This document shows, one piece after another, positions 9,437-18,692 of a stretch of 41,533 nucleotides of DNA. Under the pieces are notes generated by a model. The model was not told the DNA's origin. It did not search any database and worked only from the letters and a program-made list of their open reading frames with translations. The position numbers were made by a program, and so were the translations under genes. Source of the DNA: Candidatus Bathyarchaeota archaeon RBG_13_60_20 (GTDB lineage Archaea > Thermoproteota > Bathyarchaeia > TCS64); the NCBI GenBank assembly GCA_001775965.1, contig MEZG01000068.1, positions 1 through 41,533 of the forward strand. Direction: 5' to 3'. Every line of letters starts with the position of its first letter. The stretch's first letter is position 1.

Positions 9437-10017
9437 GCCTTCTGCCGCTCCTTCAGGTACCTGTCGAGACGCTTCACGGTCTTGCGGAGGGCCTTGAGGC
9501 CCACCTCATCCATCTTTAGGCCTTCCAGGGAATCCTTGGACCATAGGGATGCTCCCAGGTTGGCCCCGAAGAAGCCTCCGCTCAGGGCCTGGGCCCCGTT
9601 CAGCGTGAGGAAGGCTATGATCTGCTGTATGGCCAGCTCCTGGCCCCCCGACCTGTCCCCGCCGACCGCGATGGCCACGCCGGGCTTGTCCCTGAAGGCG
9701 TCCCTGTTCCTGGCCAGCAGGGCCCTCGACCTGTCCATAACCGCCTTCAGCTGCGCGCTCACCCCGCCGTTGTACACAGGAGTCGCGAAGACGTAGGCCT
9801 CGGCCTCCTCAATGAGCGGGTAGAGCCCCTGGACGTCATCCTGGACGGCACAGCCCTCGCCTCCGAGGCAGAGGTCGCAGTGGGTGCAGAAGCCTATTCG
9901 TTTCCCCCTGACGCCCCAGAACACCGTCTCGTTACCCTCACCTAGCGCCCTCAAAGCCTCCCTGAGGGCGTGCTCCGTGGCCTGCTGCCTGGGGCTGCCG
10001 CAGACGCCCAGAATCAT
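9433..10017 (-). CDS. Iron-sulfur flavoprotein (Isf-like, multimeric flavodoxin family)
   Basis: ATG 10017 (MILGVCGSPR); compact Cys motif CTHCDLCLGGEGC; ATPVYNG and AVGGDRSGGQE. Confidence 0.9.
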   Translation of the reverse strand: MILGVCGSPRQQATEHALREALRALGEGNETVFWGVRGKRIGFCTHCDLCLGGEGCAVQDDVQGLYPLIEEAEAYVFATPVYNGGVSAQLKAVMDRSRALLARNRDAFRDKPGVAIAVGGDRSGGQELAIQQIIAFLTLNGAQALSGGFFGANLGASLWSKDSLEGLKMDEVGLKALRKTVKRLDRYLKERQKA

Positions 10018-10108
10018 GAGGCTGATCTGGGGGCCCGAAGCTTTAATGCTTGCCCCAGTCCTCATCAACTGTTTTAAACCATAATGCACCAATGCATATG
10101 ATTCGCGC

Positions 10109-11941
10109 TTGACCGTCAGGGTTCTTATCAACCCCACCAACAGGGAGCTTGAAGCCGAGGTAGGCGACATCCTTCTGGATAGGATGCGGGAGGAGGGGGT
10201 GCACATCGAGGCCCTGTGCGGGGGGAAGGGGTTCTGCGGTAAGTGTAGGGTTATCCTTGAGCGTGGGAGGGTGGAGAAGAGGTCTACGACCCCCGACAAG
10301 CTCCTGTCTGAGGAGGAGTTGTCAGCGGGGTACCACCTGGCCTGCATGGTGCGCCTAGTGGAGGACTGCGAATTCACCATACCGGCCGAGAGCAGGGTGG
10401 ACAGCCCCAAGATACTCATGAACGCATCGCTTGAGCTGCCCGAGAGGAGCCCTGCGGCTTCCAAGCACCTCCTCGCCTCGCCAGGTGGGCCGGCGGGGAG
10501 CCCCCTGCTCGCCTATAGACGGCTGAGTCTCAGGGACTACCAGGGGACGGCGCCCAGGGTGTCGGACCAGGTGTACGAGGCCCTGAACAGGATGAGGGAG
10601 GGCGAGGTCACGGTGACGGTGTCGAGGACCAGCGGCTACCCTGAGGTCATCATGGCTGAGCCGGGAGACGCTAGGAACCGCTGCGTCGGGCTGGCCATGG
10701 ACATAGGGACCACGACCATCGTATCCGTGCTGGCCGACCTAAGCACGGGCCGTGTGCTGGGCACAGCCTCCGGGATGAACAAACAGATCACCTACGGGGA
10801 GGACCTGGTGACCAGGGTGGCCGTGGCCAGGAACGAGGAGGGGCTGAGGAAGCTTCAGAGAGCTGCGGTCTCGGCTATCAACGAGGTGCTGGGCCGACTC
10901 TACAGCGACACTGGCCTTTCCCCGGGAGAGGTCGTGGACGTCGCTGTGGGGGGCAACACAGTCATGAACCACCTCTTCGCGGGGCTGGAGTCCGGCTACC
11001 TTGAGATCGCTAACGTAGAGGTTCCCCGCGAACCCATCATAGTGAAGGCGGGCGCCGTGGGACTCGACGTGAACCCCGAGGCGTACGTCTACTGCCTTCC
11101 CAACGTGAGCCGCTACCTAGGCGGCGACGCCGTGGGCGACGTAGTAGCCAGCGGAATGCACAGGTCCGGCGAGATGAGCCTCATGATCGACCTGGGCACC
11201 AACGGCGAGATAGTGTTCGGCAACGACAAGTGGCTTTTCAGTTGTAGCTGCGCCTCGGGTCCCGCCTTCGAGGGCGAGGGCGTCCGCCATGGCATGAGGG
11301 CCGCCGTCGGTGGCATCGACCACGTCTGGATCGACCCAGAGACGAAGGAGGCCCGCTTCTCCACCATAGGGGACGCGCCTGCCAAGGGCATATGTGGCTC
11401 GGGGCTCATCGACCTCGTGGCCGAGCTCTTCAGGGCGGGAGTCATGGACTTCAGTGGTAAGTTCGTGGCGTCAGCCCCGTATGTGAGGGAGGGTAAGTGG
11501 GGTATGGAGTACCTTGTTGTCCCGGCCGAGAGAACCTCCATAGGGAAGGATATCGTCCTGACCCAGGGCGACCTGGACTACGTCATAGACTCCAAGGCGG
11601 CTGCCTGCGGCGCCGTCACGGTGCTCATGAAGAAACTGAGGATCGGCATAAACGACGTGAGGCACGTCTACCTGGCTGGGGCCTTCGGCACCTACACGGA
11701 TATGAGGAACGCGACGACCCTGGGAATATTCCCAAAGTTCCCCAACGCCGAGTACCACCCCATAGGGAACGGCTCCCTGTCAGGCGCCTACGCGACGCTG
11801 GTGTCCGTGGAGAAGAGGAGGGAGGCGGCCGATGTGGCCCGGAAGATGGTTTACGTGGACCTGCTGGTGGACGTGGAGTTCATAGAGGAGTACAGCAAGG
11901 CGCTGTACGTGCCAGGCGCCAAGGAGTACTTCCCCGCCTAG
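10109..11941 (+). CDS. Corrinoid activation/regeneration ATPase (RACo/AcsV type; N-terminal 2Fe-2S domain + ASKHA/DUF4445)
   Basis: CGGKGFCGKC...LAC 2Fe-2S motif; DIGTTT, DLGTNGEI, SCASGPAFEG, GICGSG and LAGAFG motifs. Confidence 0.92.
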   Translation: MTVRVLINPTNRELEAEVGDILLDRMREEGVHIEALCGGKGFCGKCRVILERGRVEKRSTTPDKLLSEEELSAGYHLACMVRLVEDCEFTIPAESRVDSPKILMNASLELPERSPAASKHLLASPGGPAGSPLLAYRRLSLRDYQGTAPRVSDQVYEALNRMREGEVTVTVSRTSGYPEVIMAEPGDARNRCVGLAMDIGTTTIVSVLADLSTGRVLGTASGMNKQITYGEDLVTRVAVARNEEGLRKLQRAAVSAINEVLGRLYSDTGLSPGEVVDVAVGGNTVMNHLFAGLESGYLEIANVEVPREPIIVKAGAVGLDVNPEAYVYCLPNVSRYLGGDAVGDVVASGMHRSGEMSLMIDLGTNGEIVFGNDKWLFSCSCASGPAFEGEGVRHGMRAAVGGIDHVWIDPETKEARFSTIGDAPAKGICGSGLIDLVAELFRAGVMDFSGKFVASAPYVREGKWGMEYLVVPAERTSIGKDIVLTQGDLDYVIDSKAAACGAVTVLMKKLRIGINDVRHVYLAGAFGTYTDMRNATTLGIFPKFPNAEYHPIGNGSLSGAYATLVSVEKRREAADVARKMVYVDLLVDVEFIEEYSKALYVPGAKEYFPA

Positions 11942-11976
11942 GCTCGGGCGATCAACTTTAATGGGCTCCGTATGAT

Positions 11977-12786
11977 ATGATCCCCTATCACAGGGCAAGG
12001 GGAAACGTGTTGGTTGAGCACAGAGGAACCATCGTTGTGACTGGGAGGGGCGGAACGGGCAAGACCACGTTCACCGCGCTGATGGCCCGCTACCTCCACG
12101 AGAGGGGCGTAGAGCCGATGCTGCTGGTGGACTCCGACCCGGACGAGAGTCTAGCCGAGATGCTGGGCCTCGACCTGGAGGCCGAGGGGAAGCGGTCCAT
12201 AGCCGATGTCCTTTCCGAGATACTTGAGGAGCGCAAGATGACCAGGATGACTGGGATGACGCCCACGGACAAGATCGAGCCATTCCTGTTCCAGGAGTGC
12301 CTCTACGAGGGGCGGGGCTTTTTCGACTTCATAGGCGTGGGCACCAAGTGGATAGAAGGCTGCTACTGTCTGCCGGACCGGAGCCTGGGCCAGATCATGG
12401 AGATGTGGTCGAGCAACTACGTGTACGTCATCGTGGACAGCCCCGCCGGCGTGGAGCACCTGAACAGGAGGATAACCAAGAAGGTGAAGGATGTGTTCAA
12501 CATCCTAGACCCCAGCAAGAAGAGCTTCGACAACGCGGAGCGCAGCCACAAGATCATGAGGGACGTGGACATAGAGTTCGAGAACTACTACCTTGTGGGT
12601 GGGTACAGGTTCACTGCGACGCTGGAGGCTGAGGCCGCCAGGCAGCCCTACAGGTACCTGGGCAGGGTGGAGAGCGACGAAAGGATAGCCGAGTTCAACT
12701 TCCAGGGTAGGTCCCTGCTGGAGCTGCCGGATGGCTCCCCCGCTTACCAGTCCGTGAAGAGGATCATGGTAAAGGCGGGCTACTAG
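11977..12786 (+). CDS. CooC/AcsF-type nickel-insertion ATPase (true start may be a few codons downstream)
   Basis: GRGGTGKTT Walker A variant, DSDPD, EGCYC and DSPAGVEHLNR motifs. Confidence 0.85.
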   Translation: MIPYHRARGNVLVEHRGTIVVTGRGGTGKTTFTALMARYLHERGVEPMLLVDSDPDESLAEMLGLDLEAEGKRSIADVLSEILEERKMTRMTGMTPTDKIEPFLFQECLYEGRGFFDFIGVGTKWIEGCYCLPDRSLGQIMEMWSSNYVYVIVDSPAGVEHLNRRITKKVKDVFNILDPSKKSFDNAERSHKIMRDVDIEFENYYLVGGYRFTATLEAEAARQPYRYLGRVESDERIAEFNFQGRSLLELPDGSPAYQSVKRIMVKAGY

Positions 12787-12797
12787 GAGGCTGGGCT

Positions 12798-13595
12798 GTG
12801 AAGATAGCTGTAGCGGGGAAGGGCGGCGTTGGTAAGACCTTCGTCTCATCCACCCTGTCCAGGCTGCTGGCCAGGGACGGGTATAACGTGCTGGCCGTGG
12901 ATGCTGACCCCAACCTGAACCTGGCCATGGGCCTGGGGGTCCCCTCCGAGGTTGCCAACGGGATCGTGCCGCTCTCCGACAATGAGGCCCTGGTCAAGGA
13001 GAGGACCGGGGTGTCAGCAGAGGAGGCGTACGCGCCCATCTTCAACATGACCCCCAGAGTCAACGACATAGTGGACAGGTTCGGGGTCACTGCGCCCGAC
13101 GGCGTCAAGCTCCTCGTGATGGGAACCGTCAAGGGCGGGGGCACAGGCTGCATGTGCGGCGCAAACGCGCTTCTCCGCGTCCTGCTGCAGCATCTGCTCA
13201 TCCAGCGTGGAGAGGTCCTGGTCATGGACATGGTGGCCGGCTTGGAGCACCTGGGCAGGGGCACGGCCAGGAGGATGGACGCCATGCTGGTGGTCCTGGA
13301 GCCCCGCATGAAGTCGGTGGACACCATCAGGCGCATCATGAGGCTGGCCCAGGAGATAGAGGTCAAGGAGGTGCTCGCCGTAGGCAACAAGGTGGCTAGG
13401 CCCAAGGACAGGGAGTTCATCCAGAGGAACATGGACGAGCTGGATGTGCCCGTGGTGGCCTACATCCCCTACGACGAGGCGGTGACCGACGCCGACATGG
13501 CCGGGGCGCCCACACTGGACTACGCTCCTGACTCAGAGGCCGTCAAGGCTGTCAGCGGCCTCAAGGGCTACCTCCTAGATCGGTACAAGCCGTAG
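12798..13595 (+). CDS. cooC: CO dehydrogenase maturation ATPase CooC
   Basis: KIAVAGKGGVGKT, DADPNLNL, GCMC and DMVAGLEHLGRGTA motifs; GGAGG upstream of the GTG start. Confidence 0.92.
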   Translation: MKIAVAGKGGVGKTFVSSTLSRLLARDGYNVLAVDADPNLNLAMGLGVPSEVANGIVPLSDNEALVKERTGVSAEEAYAPIFNMTPRVNDIVDRFGVTAPDGVKLLVMGTVKGGGTGCMCGANALLRVLLQHLLIQRGEVLVMDMVAGLEHLGRGTARRMDAMLVVLEPRMKSVDTIRRIMRLAQEIEVKEVLAVGNKVARPKDREFIQRNMDELDVPVVAYIPYDEAVTDADMAGAPTLDYAPDSEAVKAVSGLKGYLLDRYKP

Positions 13596-13613
13596 CTGAG
13601 CGCCTGGTCCGCC

Positions 13614-14453
13614 GTGAAGGTCAAGGCAGTCGGCATCAGGACGCGTTACTGGAGACCAGGGACCGATTACGTGGCGGAGATCGTGGGCAGGGTCAAGGGC
13701 CGCGTGGAGGACGGTGATGTGCTCGCCGTCAGCGAGAAGGCGGTGTCCACAGCCTCCGGCCTCATCGTGGACGAGGCGACGACGGAGCCCGGCATGGTCG
13801 CGCGGATTCTCGCGGGCCCTTGGACCAGGAGGATATGGGGCGGGCCCCTTGGGAGGATCACATGCCTCAAGGGGCAGACCCTCCTGAACCTGCGCAATTA
13901 TCCACTCCGCGAGGGGGCCGCCCACAAAGAGGTGGCTCTGCGCATCGCGGGCCTCCTTCAGTCGCTGCGCCACTACTCCGAGGGAGGCATAGACGCCAGC
14001 AACCTCCCCTACTCATACGTGAGCCTACCGCTACCCAACGCCGGCGCGGTGGCTGAGAGGATCAGGGACGCGGTGAAGGCCCGCACGGGCAGGGACGTCA
14101 CAGTGGTCATCGTCGACGGCGACACGACCTTCTCATGGAGGGGCCTTCACCTGGCCCCCCGCAAGGTACAGACGCCCGGCCTGGTGCACCTGGGGGGCTT
14201 CCTGGTCTTCGTCATGGGCAGAGCCCTCGGCCTAAGGCAGCGCCAGACCCCTGTGGCCGTATCGGGCGAACCTATGCCCCCGGACACGGCTCTGTGGCTG
14301 GCCAGGCTTCACCACAGGCTTTGCGGCCGCGGGGCCGGCAGGACCGTGTGGAGCATGTCGGCCAGGCTGGAGACCTCGCTGACGGGCGTAACATGGGAGA
14401 TGCTGGAATCTGTGAGGCACTACCCCGTGACCCTCATACGGTTCGTGGACTAG
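13614..14453 (+). CDS. Coenzyme F420-0:gamma-glutamyl ligase (CofE)-like family protein; substrate uncertain
   Basis: DGDVLAVSEKAVS, GGIDASNLP and VTVVIVDGD motifs of the F420_ligase fold. Confidence 0.78.
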   Translation: MKVKAVGIRTRYWRPGTDYVAEIVGRVKGRVEDGDVLAVSEKAVSTASGLIVDEATTEPGMVARILAGPWTRRIWGGPLGRITCLKGQTLLNLRNYPLREGAAHKEVALRIAGLLQSLRHYSEGGIDASNLPYSYVSLPLPNAGAVAERIRDAVKARTGRDVTVVIVDGDTTFSWRGLHLAPRKVQTPGLVHLGGFLVFVMGRALGLRQRQTPVAVSGEPMPPDTALWLARLHHRLCGRGAGRTVWSMSARLETSLTGVTWEMLESVRHYPVTLIRFVD

Positions 14454-16012
14454 AACAGGTCCTCGTCCTGCATGTAGGACCGCCCCAGCCGTAGGGCCAG
14501 GGCAGCCTTCTCAAGCTCCCTGCCCAGGTAGGCAGCGTGGTCCAGCTTGGTTACGAGGTTAAGGCGGATGATGGTCTGGTACACCTCCCTGGCGTCCACG
14601 CCCTTGATGATTGTCCCGGGCGCGTCGCTCCCCTGGAGGTAGTGTAGGGCTACTATCTCCCCGGCCTCCCTGTCCACTTGGACCTTGAACCACCCCGCCT
14701 CGTCGGGCCTGAAAACATCCTCGCCGACGGCCTCCGCGACTCGGGCCGATCCATAGAGGCTCCCGTCGTACGCCTCCTCCGTCCACCTCTTCTCCTTGAG
14801 CAGCAGCAGGTCCACGCCCAGGTCCTTGGGCACCGTCCCCTTCGCCTCCGCCAGAAACATCATCTGGGAGGCTCGGACAGCCTCCCGGACGCTGCCCCTC
14901 GCCTTGACGCTGTGCTCCGGGACATGCAGCATGTTGGCCCCGGCCTCCCGGGCAAGAGCCGCCAGGGTGGCGTTGACACCCTGGGAGTCGGCGTCGATGA
15001 GCTCTGTGGCGTTGCCTATGCCGAAGAGGAGCGGCACCCCGGGGCGCAGCTCCTTGAAGCGCCTGTAGCTCTCTAGCGCCACCAGCAGCCCGGGACGCAG
15101 GAGAGGCTCCGCGACTAGGTCGCCTATGACCCTGGTGACGCCCAGCTCCCTGGCCCGCTTGATGTTCTCGTCCAGGGCTCGGACCCTCTCCTGGGGAGTG
15201 CTGGGGAGACGACCCCGATTCATGTCCGTGGGGAGGACCACCACTGCCTGTTCGGTCAAGAGGGGCGCCGTTTCCTCCAGGTTCCCCGCGTCCACGCTTA
15301 GGACCAGGTCCACGCCGGCCTCCGCCGCGGCGCCTATCTCGGCGGGGTCAAGGGTGTCGATGCTCACCGGGAGCCCCGCGGCATCCCTCACGGCGGAGAC
15401 CAGGGGCCCGACGGCTTCGGGCCTCGGATCGCCCGCCAACATCCCTATGTCGATGACGTGGGCGCCCTGCCCCTTGTAGTACTTGGCCCTGTCGGCCACC
15501 TCGGCCAGGCTGAGGAGGGGGGCGCTCACCACCTCGGCTATGACTCTCATGGGCAGCCCGTCGCTGACCGGCAGAACGCGCTCTCCTCCGCCCACCACGA
15601 TGCCACCCCTGGACCTGAATACGCTTTCCCAGTCCGCCTCGGCCCTCTCCAGCTCCCCTAAGGTTCTCCTAGCCGCCTGGTCCCTGATGAGGTCCGATGC
15701 CGGGAGGGTCCTGGACAGCTGGACGCCCGATGACAGGGCCAGGGGTATGTCGGCGAAGTGGACCGGGCCCTTGTAGGTGGGGACCCCCGTGGCCTCCTCC
15801 ACACGCGACACGTCGCCGCTCACCGTCCCAGGCATCAGGATCATGTCATAGCCGTCAAGGTTCATTCGGCTGAGTGCGCTGGCCGCGAAGCCGGGGGTTA
15901 TGAACGAGGCCACGGACACGGGCAGGGCCTTGACGTCCACGCCACCGAGTCCATCCACCGCCCTTCGGACCGCCGCCTCGGCGAGCCTCCCTGTGACGAC
16001 GAGGACCCTCAA
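14450..16012 (-). CDS. Dihydropteroate synthase-related protein (archaeal MJ0107-like) with C-terminal DUF4346
   Basis: RVLVVTGRLA, VIAEVVSAP, GAHVIDIG, PVSIDTLDP, GIGNATELIDADSQGVNA, PKDLGVDLLLLKEKR and HAAYLGRELEKA motifs. Confidence 0.9.
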   Translation of the reverse strand: MRVLVVTGRLAEAAVRRAVDGLGGVDVKALPVSVASFITPGFAASALSRMNLDGYDMILMPGTVSGDVSRVEEATGVPTYKGPVHFADIPLALSSGVQLSRTLPASDLIRDQAARRTLGELERAEADWESVFRSRGGIVVGGGERVLPVSDGLPMRVIAEVVSAPLLSLAEVADRAKYYKGQGAHVIDIGMLAGDPRPEAVGPLVSAVRDAAGLPVSIDTLDPAEIGAAAEAGVDLVLSVDAGNLEETAPLLTEQAVVVLPTDMNRGRLPSTPQERVRALDENIKRARELGVTRVIGDLVAEPLLRPGLLVALESYRRFKELRPGVPLLFGIGNATELIDADSQGVNATLAALAREAGANMLHVPEHSVKARGSVREAVRASQMMFLAEAKGTVPKDLGVDLLLLKEKRWTEEAYDGSLYGSARVAEAVGEDVFRPDEAGWFKVQVDREAGEIVALHYLQGSDAPGTIIKGVDAREVYQTIIRLNLVTKLDHAAYLGRELEKAALALRLGRSYMQDEDLF

Positions 16013-16018
16013 ACGTGA

Positions 16019-16972
16019 TCAACCCTCGCGGATGACTGCGCCCACGTTGTCGGCGGCCGCGACGAATGCTTCGCCCCGCCCGTCCTTGTTGAGGAACCGT
16101 TCGAGGGACGCTGCAAGCCTCCCCGCCTGGGCCCGTCCTTCGGCCAGCCCGTAGAGAGCCGGCCCCCATGAGCTCTGGCCAGCGCCAAGGGCCCCCTCCG
16201 CCAGGAGGTAGTTCACCCCCGCCTCGATCCCGGGGTGGCTGTAGACGCCCCCCTGGACCTTGGCCCAGTACGAGCCGAACATAGTGTCCAGCTTGGTCAT
16301 GGCGTCCCCGAACCTCTCTATGTCAGGCTCTATGATGGACGGGATCATCTGGAGGAGCACCAGCCTAGCGACGTCGGCGACGACCTCGGCCGGCGGCGGC
16401 TCCAAGGCCCTGAATGCGGCCTTCTCCTGCTCGCCGCTGACCCCCCTCTTGATGTCCGGGATGCCTATAACGAACAGCCAGTCGTCAGGCACCCTGTGCC
16501 TGAAGACCAGTGGCGGCACGGCATCCCTGCGCGTCAAGGCGTGGCCACCGTCTACAATAAAGCCTCCCCCAAGGAAGGCGTGGACCCCTACCCCTGAGAC
16601 TCTGCTGCGGCCGAAGCGGACGGCGATCTCCTCCGGCTCTAGGCTCAGGTCGTGTAATCGTGCCAGGGCGGTGCCCAGGGCCATGACCAGCTGGGTGCCT
16701 GAGCCGAAGCCCGTGTGCTCGGGTATGTCCTCCACGATCTCCACGTCCACGCCAGAATCGACGCCGCCGTCCCTCAGGAGGGTCTCGACGATGTTCGCGG
16801 CCCTGTCCGACCTGGCGCCCCTGATCCTCGTCTCGCCGCTGTCACTGACCTTCACTGTGAGCCGCGGCCGATCCACGGCGACCCCCACGCTCCCGTGGAT
16901 CCTGCCCAGGTCGCCCCTCATGTCCACTATACCGAACTGCAGCCTCGACGGGGTGGTTATGCTGATCTCTAC
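16019..16972 (-). CDS. mptG: Beta-ribofuranosylaminobenzene 5'-phosphate (RFAP) synthase, GHMP superfamily; start codon uncertain
   Basis: TPSRLQFG, PEHTGFGSGTQL, SGVGVHAFLGGGFIVDGGH and GQSSWGP motifs; H4MPT gene context. Confidence 0.9.
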   Translation of the reverse strand, partial: VEISITTPSRLQFGIVDMRGDLGRIHGSVGVAVDRPRLTVKVSDSGETRIRGARSDRAANIVETLLRDGGVDSGVDVEIVEDIPEHTGFGSGTQLVMALGTALARLHDLSLEPEEIAVRFGRSRVSGVGVHAFLGGGFIVDGGHALTRRDAVPPLVFRHRVPDDWLFVIGIPDIKRGVSGEQEKAAFRALEPPPAEVVADVARLVLLQMIPSIIEPDIERFGDAMTKLDTMFGSYWAKVQGGVYSHPGIEAGVNYLLAEGALGAGQSSWGPALYGLAEGRAQAGRLAASLERFLNKDGRGEAFVAAADNVGAVIREG

Positions 16973-17616
16973 GCCGTTACCCTCCAGCTTGGTATCATGT
17001 CTTCTAGCTTGTCCACTACCGCGTGCTCGGGGGAGCCCTGTGGCGATACCCGCCTCACGGTCGCCGTGCACTCATCTATCTTCCGGATCAGCGCCTCGGC
17101 TTCCCCTCTCCGCCCCTGCTCGCTGAACGCCTTGACTCTCGTCGCGTGTATCACCGCCTCAACGGCCTGGTTCCTCCCCCTGCTGAAGACCGTGGGGTAC
17201 GCCTCGCCCACCGTTATCTTGACTGGCGTGGCGGTGAATAAACCCCTTTCGCCGAGTGTGGATGACTCCTGTTTCACCTCGACGATGATCGTTGAATCCG
17301 CCCCCATCAGCCTCATGTCGGGCTCCACGTGCGGCTGGTCCTCGATCTCGTCCTTAAAGGCCGTGGCTAGGAAGAGCAGGGGATCGAGGGTGGTGTTGAT
17401 GGAAGCCCTGCCTCCTCTCATCAGGTTCGCGTAGGTGGCGCTGGTCCTGTAGGGGCTCAGTCCGAGGTGCCGCCCCATCAGTCTGACGCCCATGGGCGCG
17501 GCGTTGAACGAGCCGTCGCTGTTCACCGTGACCAGTATTGTCTCCACTACGGCGCCCTGGGTGAAGCCCATCTTCGCAAGCGTCCCGATCAGATCAGACA
17601 TATCTGTGGAGGCCAA
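16969..17616 (-). CDS. DUF447 family protein (H4MPT-linked; FMN split-barrel-like)
   Basis: ETILVTVNSDGSFNAAPMGV, TSATYANL and RGRNQAVEAVIHATRV motifs; start could be ATG 17601. Confidence 0.85.
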   Translation of the reverse strand: MASTDMSDLIGTLAKMGFTQGAVVETILVTVNSDGSFNAAPMGVRLMGRHLGLSPYRTSATYANLMRGGRASINTTLDPLLFLATAFKDEIEDQPHVEPDMRLMGADSTIIVEVKQESSTLGERGLFTATPVKITVGEAYPTVFSRGRNQAVEAVIHATRVKAFSEQGRRGEAEALIRKIDECTATVRRVSPQGSPEHAVVDKLEDMIPSWRVTA

Positions 17617-17655
17617 AGGTGTATACAGTAAAGGCTATGCGGGTTTACTAAAAAA

Positions 17656-18660
17656 TTATGGGGGTTCTAGGGGGATCATGTAGTCGCGGGCTCCACCTAG
17701 AACGACTCTGAGGCGACCATCCGGGCCCCTGACCTTCTCCAGTGTACCCCGTATCTCCACCCTCTCCCCCGCCAAGGCCTGCTCAGTGAACTTGCCCCTG
17801 TAGCTCACGGCCTCGCTCACCTGCCCCAGCCCCTCGGGTTCAACGGGTTCAAGCATGCCTAACTGGTAGCTGCAAGGCGTGAATATGGAGCACGAGGAGT
17901 CCGTGACTCTGGCTCTGAAGACGGCCTCGCCGACGGGGGCTGAGGGGGCGGCATCGGGCTCAGGCCTCAGGAGCCGTATGAAGTAGTCTCTGCCGTCGAC
18001 CCTGCCGTGCAGCACCTTCCTGACCTCTACCTCCGCCAGGGCGTCCAGATCGACGCCCGCCTTGCCCCATCTGCGTAACAGGACCTCCTTGACCGTCTCA
18101 GCGTCGTACGGCTGAACCCAGCCCTTCCTGCTTCTCAGCAGCCTCAGCGCCTTGTAGACTGAGCGGCCTTCGTCCGCCCCGTACACGTTGAGGTCCACGT
18201 CGGAGCCTTCCCGGTTGAGGCCAATGAGAAGCGACCCCGATACGCCGAAGCTCCTTGTGGGCACGCCGCTTCCATTGCTTAGGGCCTCGACCAGCCTCTT
18301 GACCGTCGCCTCAAGGCCGGGCTGAGGCTTCTGGAGAACATGCCCAAGCCTCTCCCTGGGGTCGTACATCCTCTCGATGCGTTTAAGGGGCACGGTCTGC
18401 AGGGTGAGGCCGAGCATAGGCACGTGGTTCAGGTATTGGGGGTGGCGGAGCCTCAGGTACTCGGTGGTCTCGTCGGGGTCGCTCACCCTCCTGTACCTGA
18501 CGCCGTCGAGGACCCTATCGCCCTCCTCATCTGGGATGTAGCGGAGGTAGGCGATGACCATGCTGTCTGGGTGTCTGCTCCCCTTCACAGCGAAGAAGAG
18601 GCCCTCGGCGGTCCTGATGTAGTCGCCCTCGTTGTACTCCTGGAAGCTGATCATACCCAA
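17656..18660 (-). CDS. Predicted nucleotidyltransferase (Pol-beta superfamily, COG1665-like), paralog 1
   Basis: FGVSGSLLIG...SDVDLNVYG (GS...DxD) motif; N-terminal EGLFFAVKGSRHP...AYLRY; C-terminal OB-like GERVEIRGTLEKV. Confidence 0.82.
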   Translation of the reverse strand: MGMISFQEYNEGDYIRTAEGLFFAVKGSRHPDSMVIAYLRYIPDEEGDRVLDGVRYRRVSDPDETTEYLRLRHPQYLNHVPMLGLTLQTVPLKRIERMYDPRERLGHVLQKPQPGLEATVKRLVEALSNGSGVPTRSFGVSGSLLIGLNREGSDVDLNVYGADEGRSVYKALRLLRSRKGWVQPYDAETVKEVLLRRWGKAGVDLDALAEVEVRKVLHGRVDGRDYFIRLLRPEPDAAPSAPVGEAVFRARVTDSSCSIFTPCSYQLGMLEPVEPEGLGQVSEAVSYRGKFTEQALAGERVEIRGTLEKVRGPDGRLRVVLGGARDYMIPLEPP

Positions 18661-18692
18661 GTATTAACTTGTGACTGGCGGGCCCTATATAT

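Noticed and set aside
10018-10464. Extension of the Isf-like ORF to 343 aa
   Set aside because: Antisense to the RACo 5' end; the family N-terminus starts at ATG 10017
14450-14760. DUF4346 C-terminal domain as a hint of an Mtr-like methyltransferase
   Set aside because: It is the normal C-terminus of the archaeal DHPS-related family; there is no corrinoid-binding MtrA domain or mtr operon
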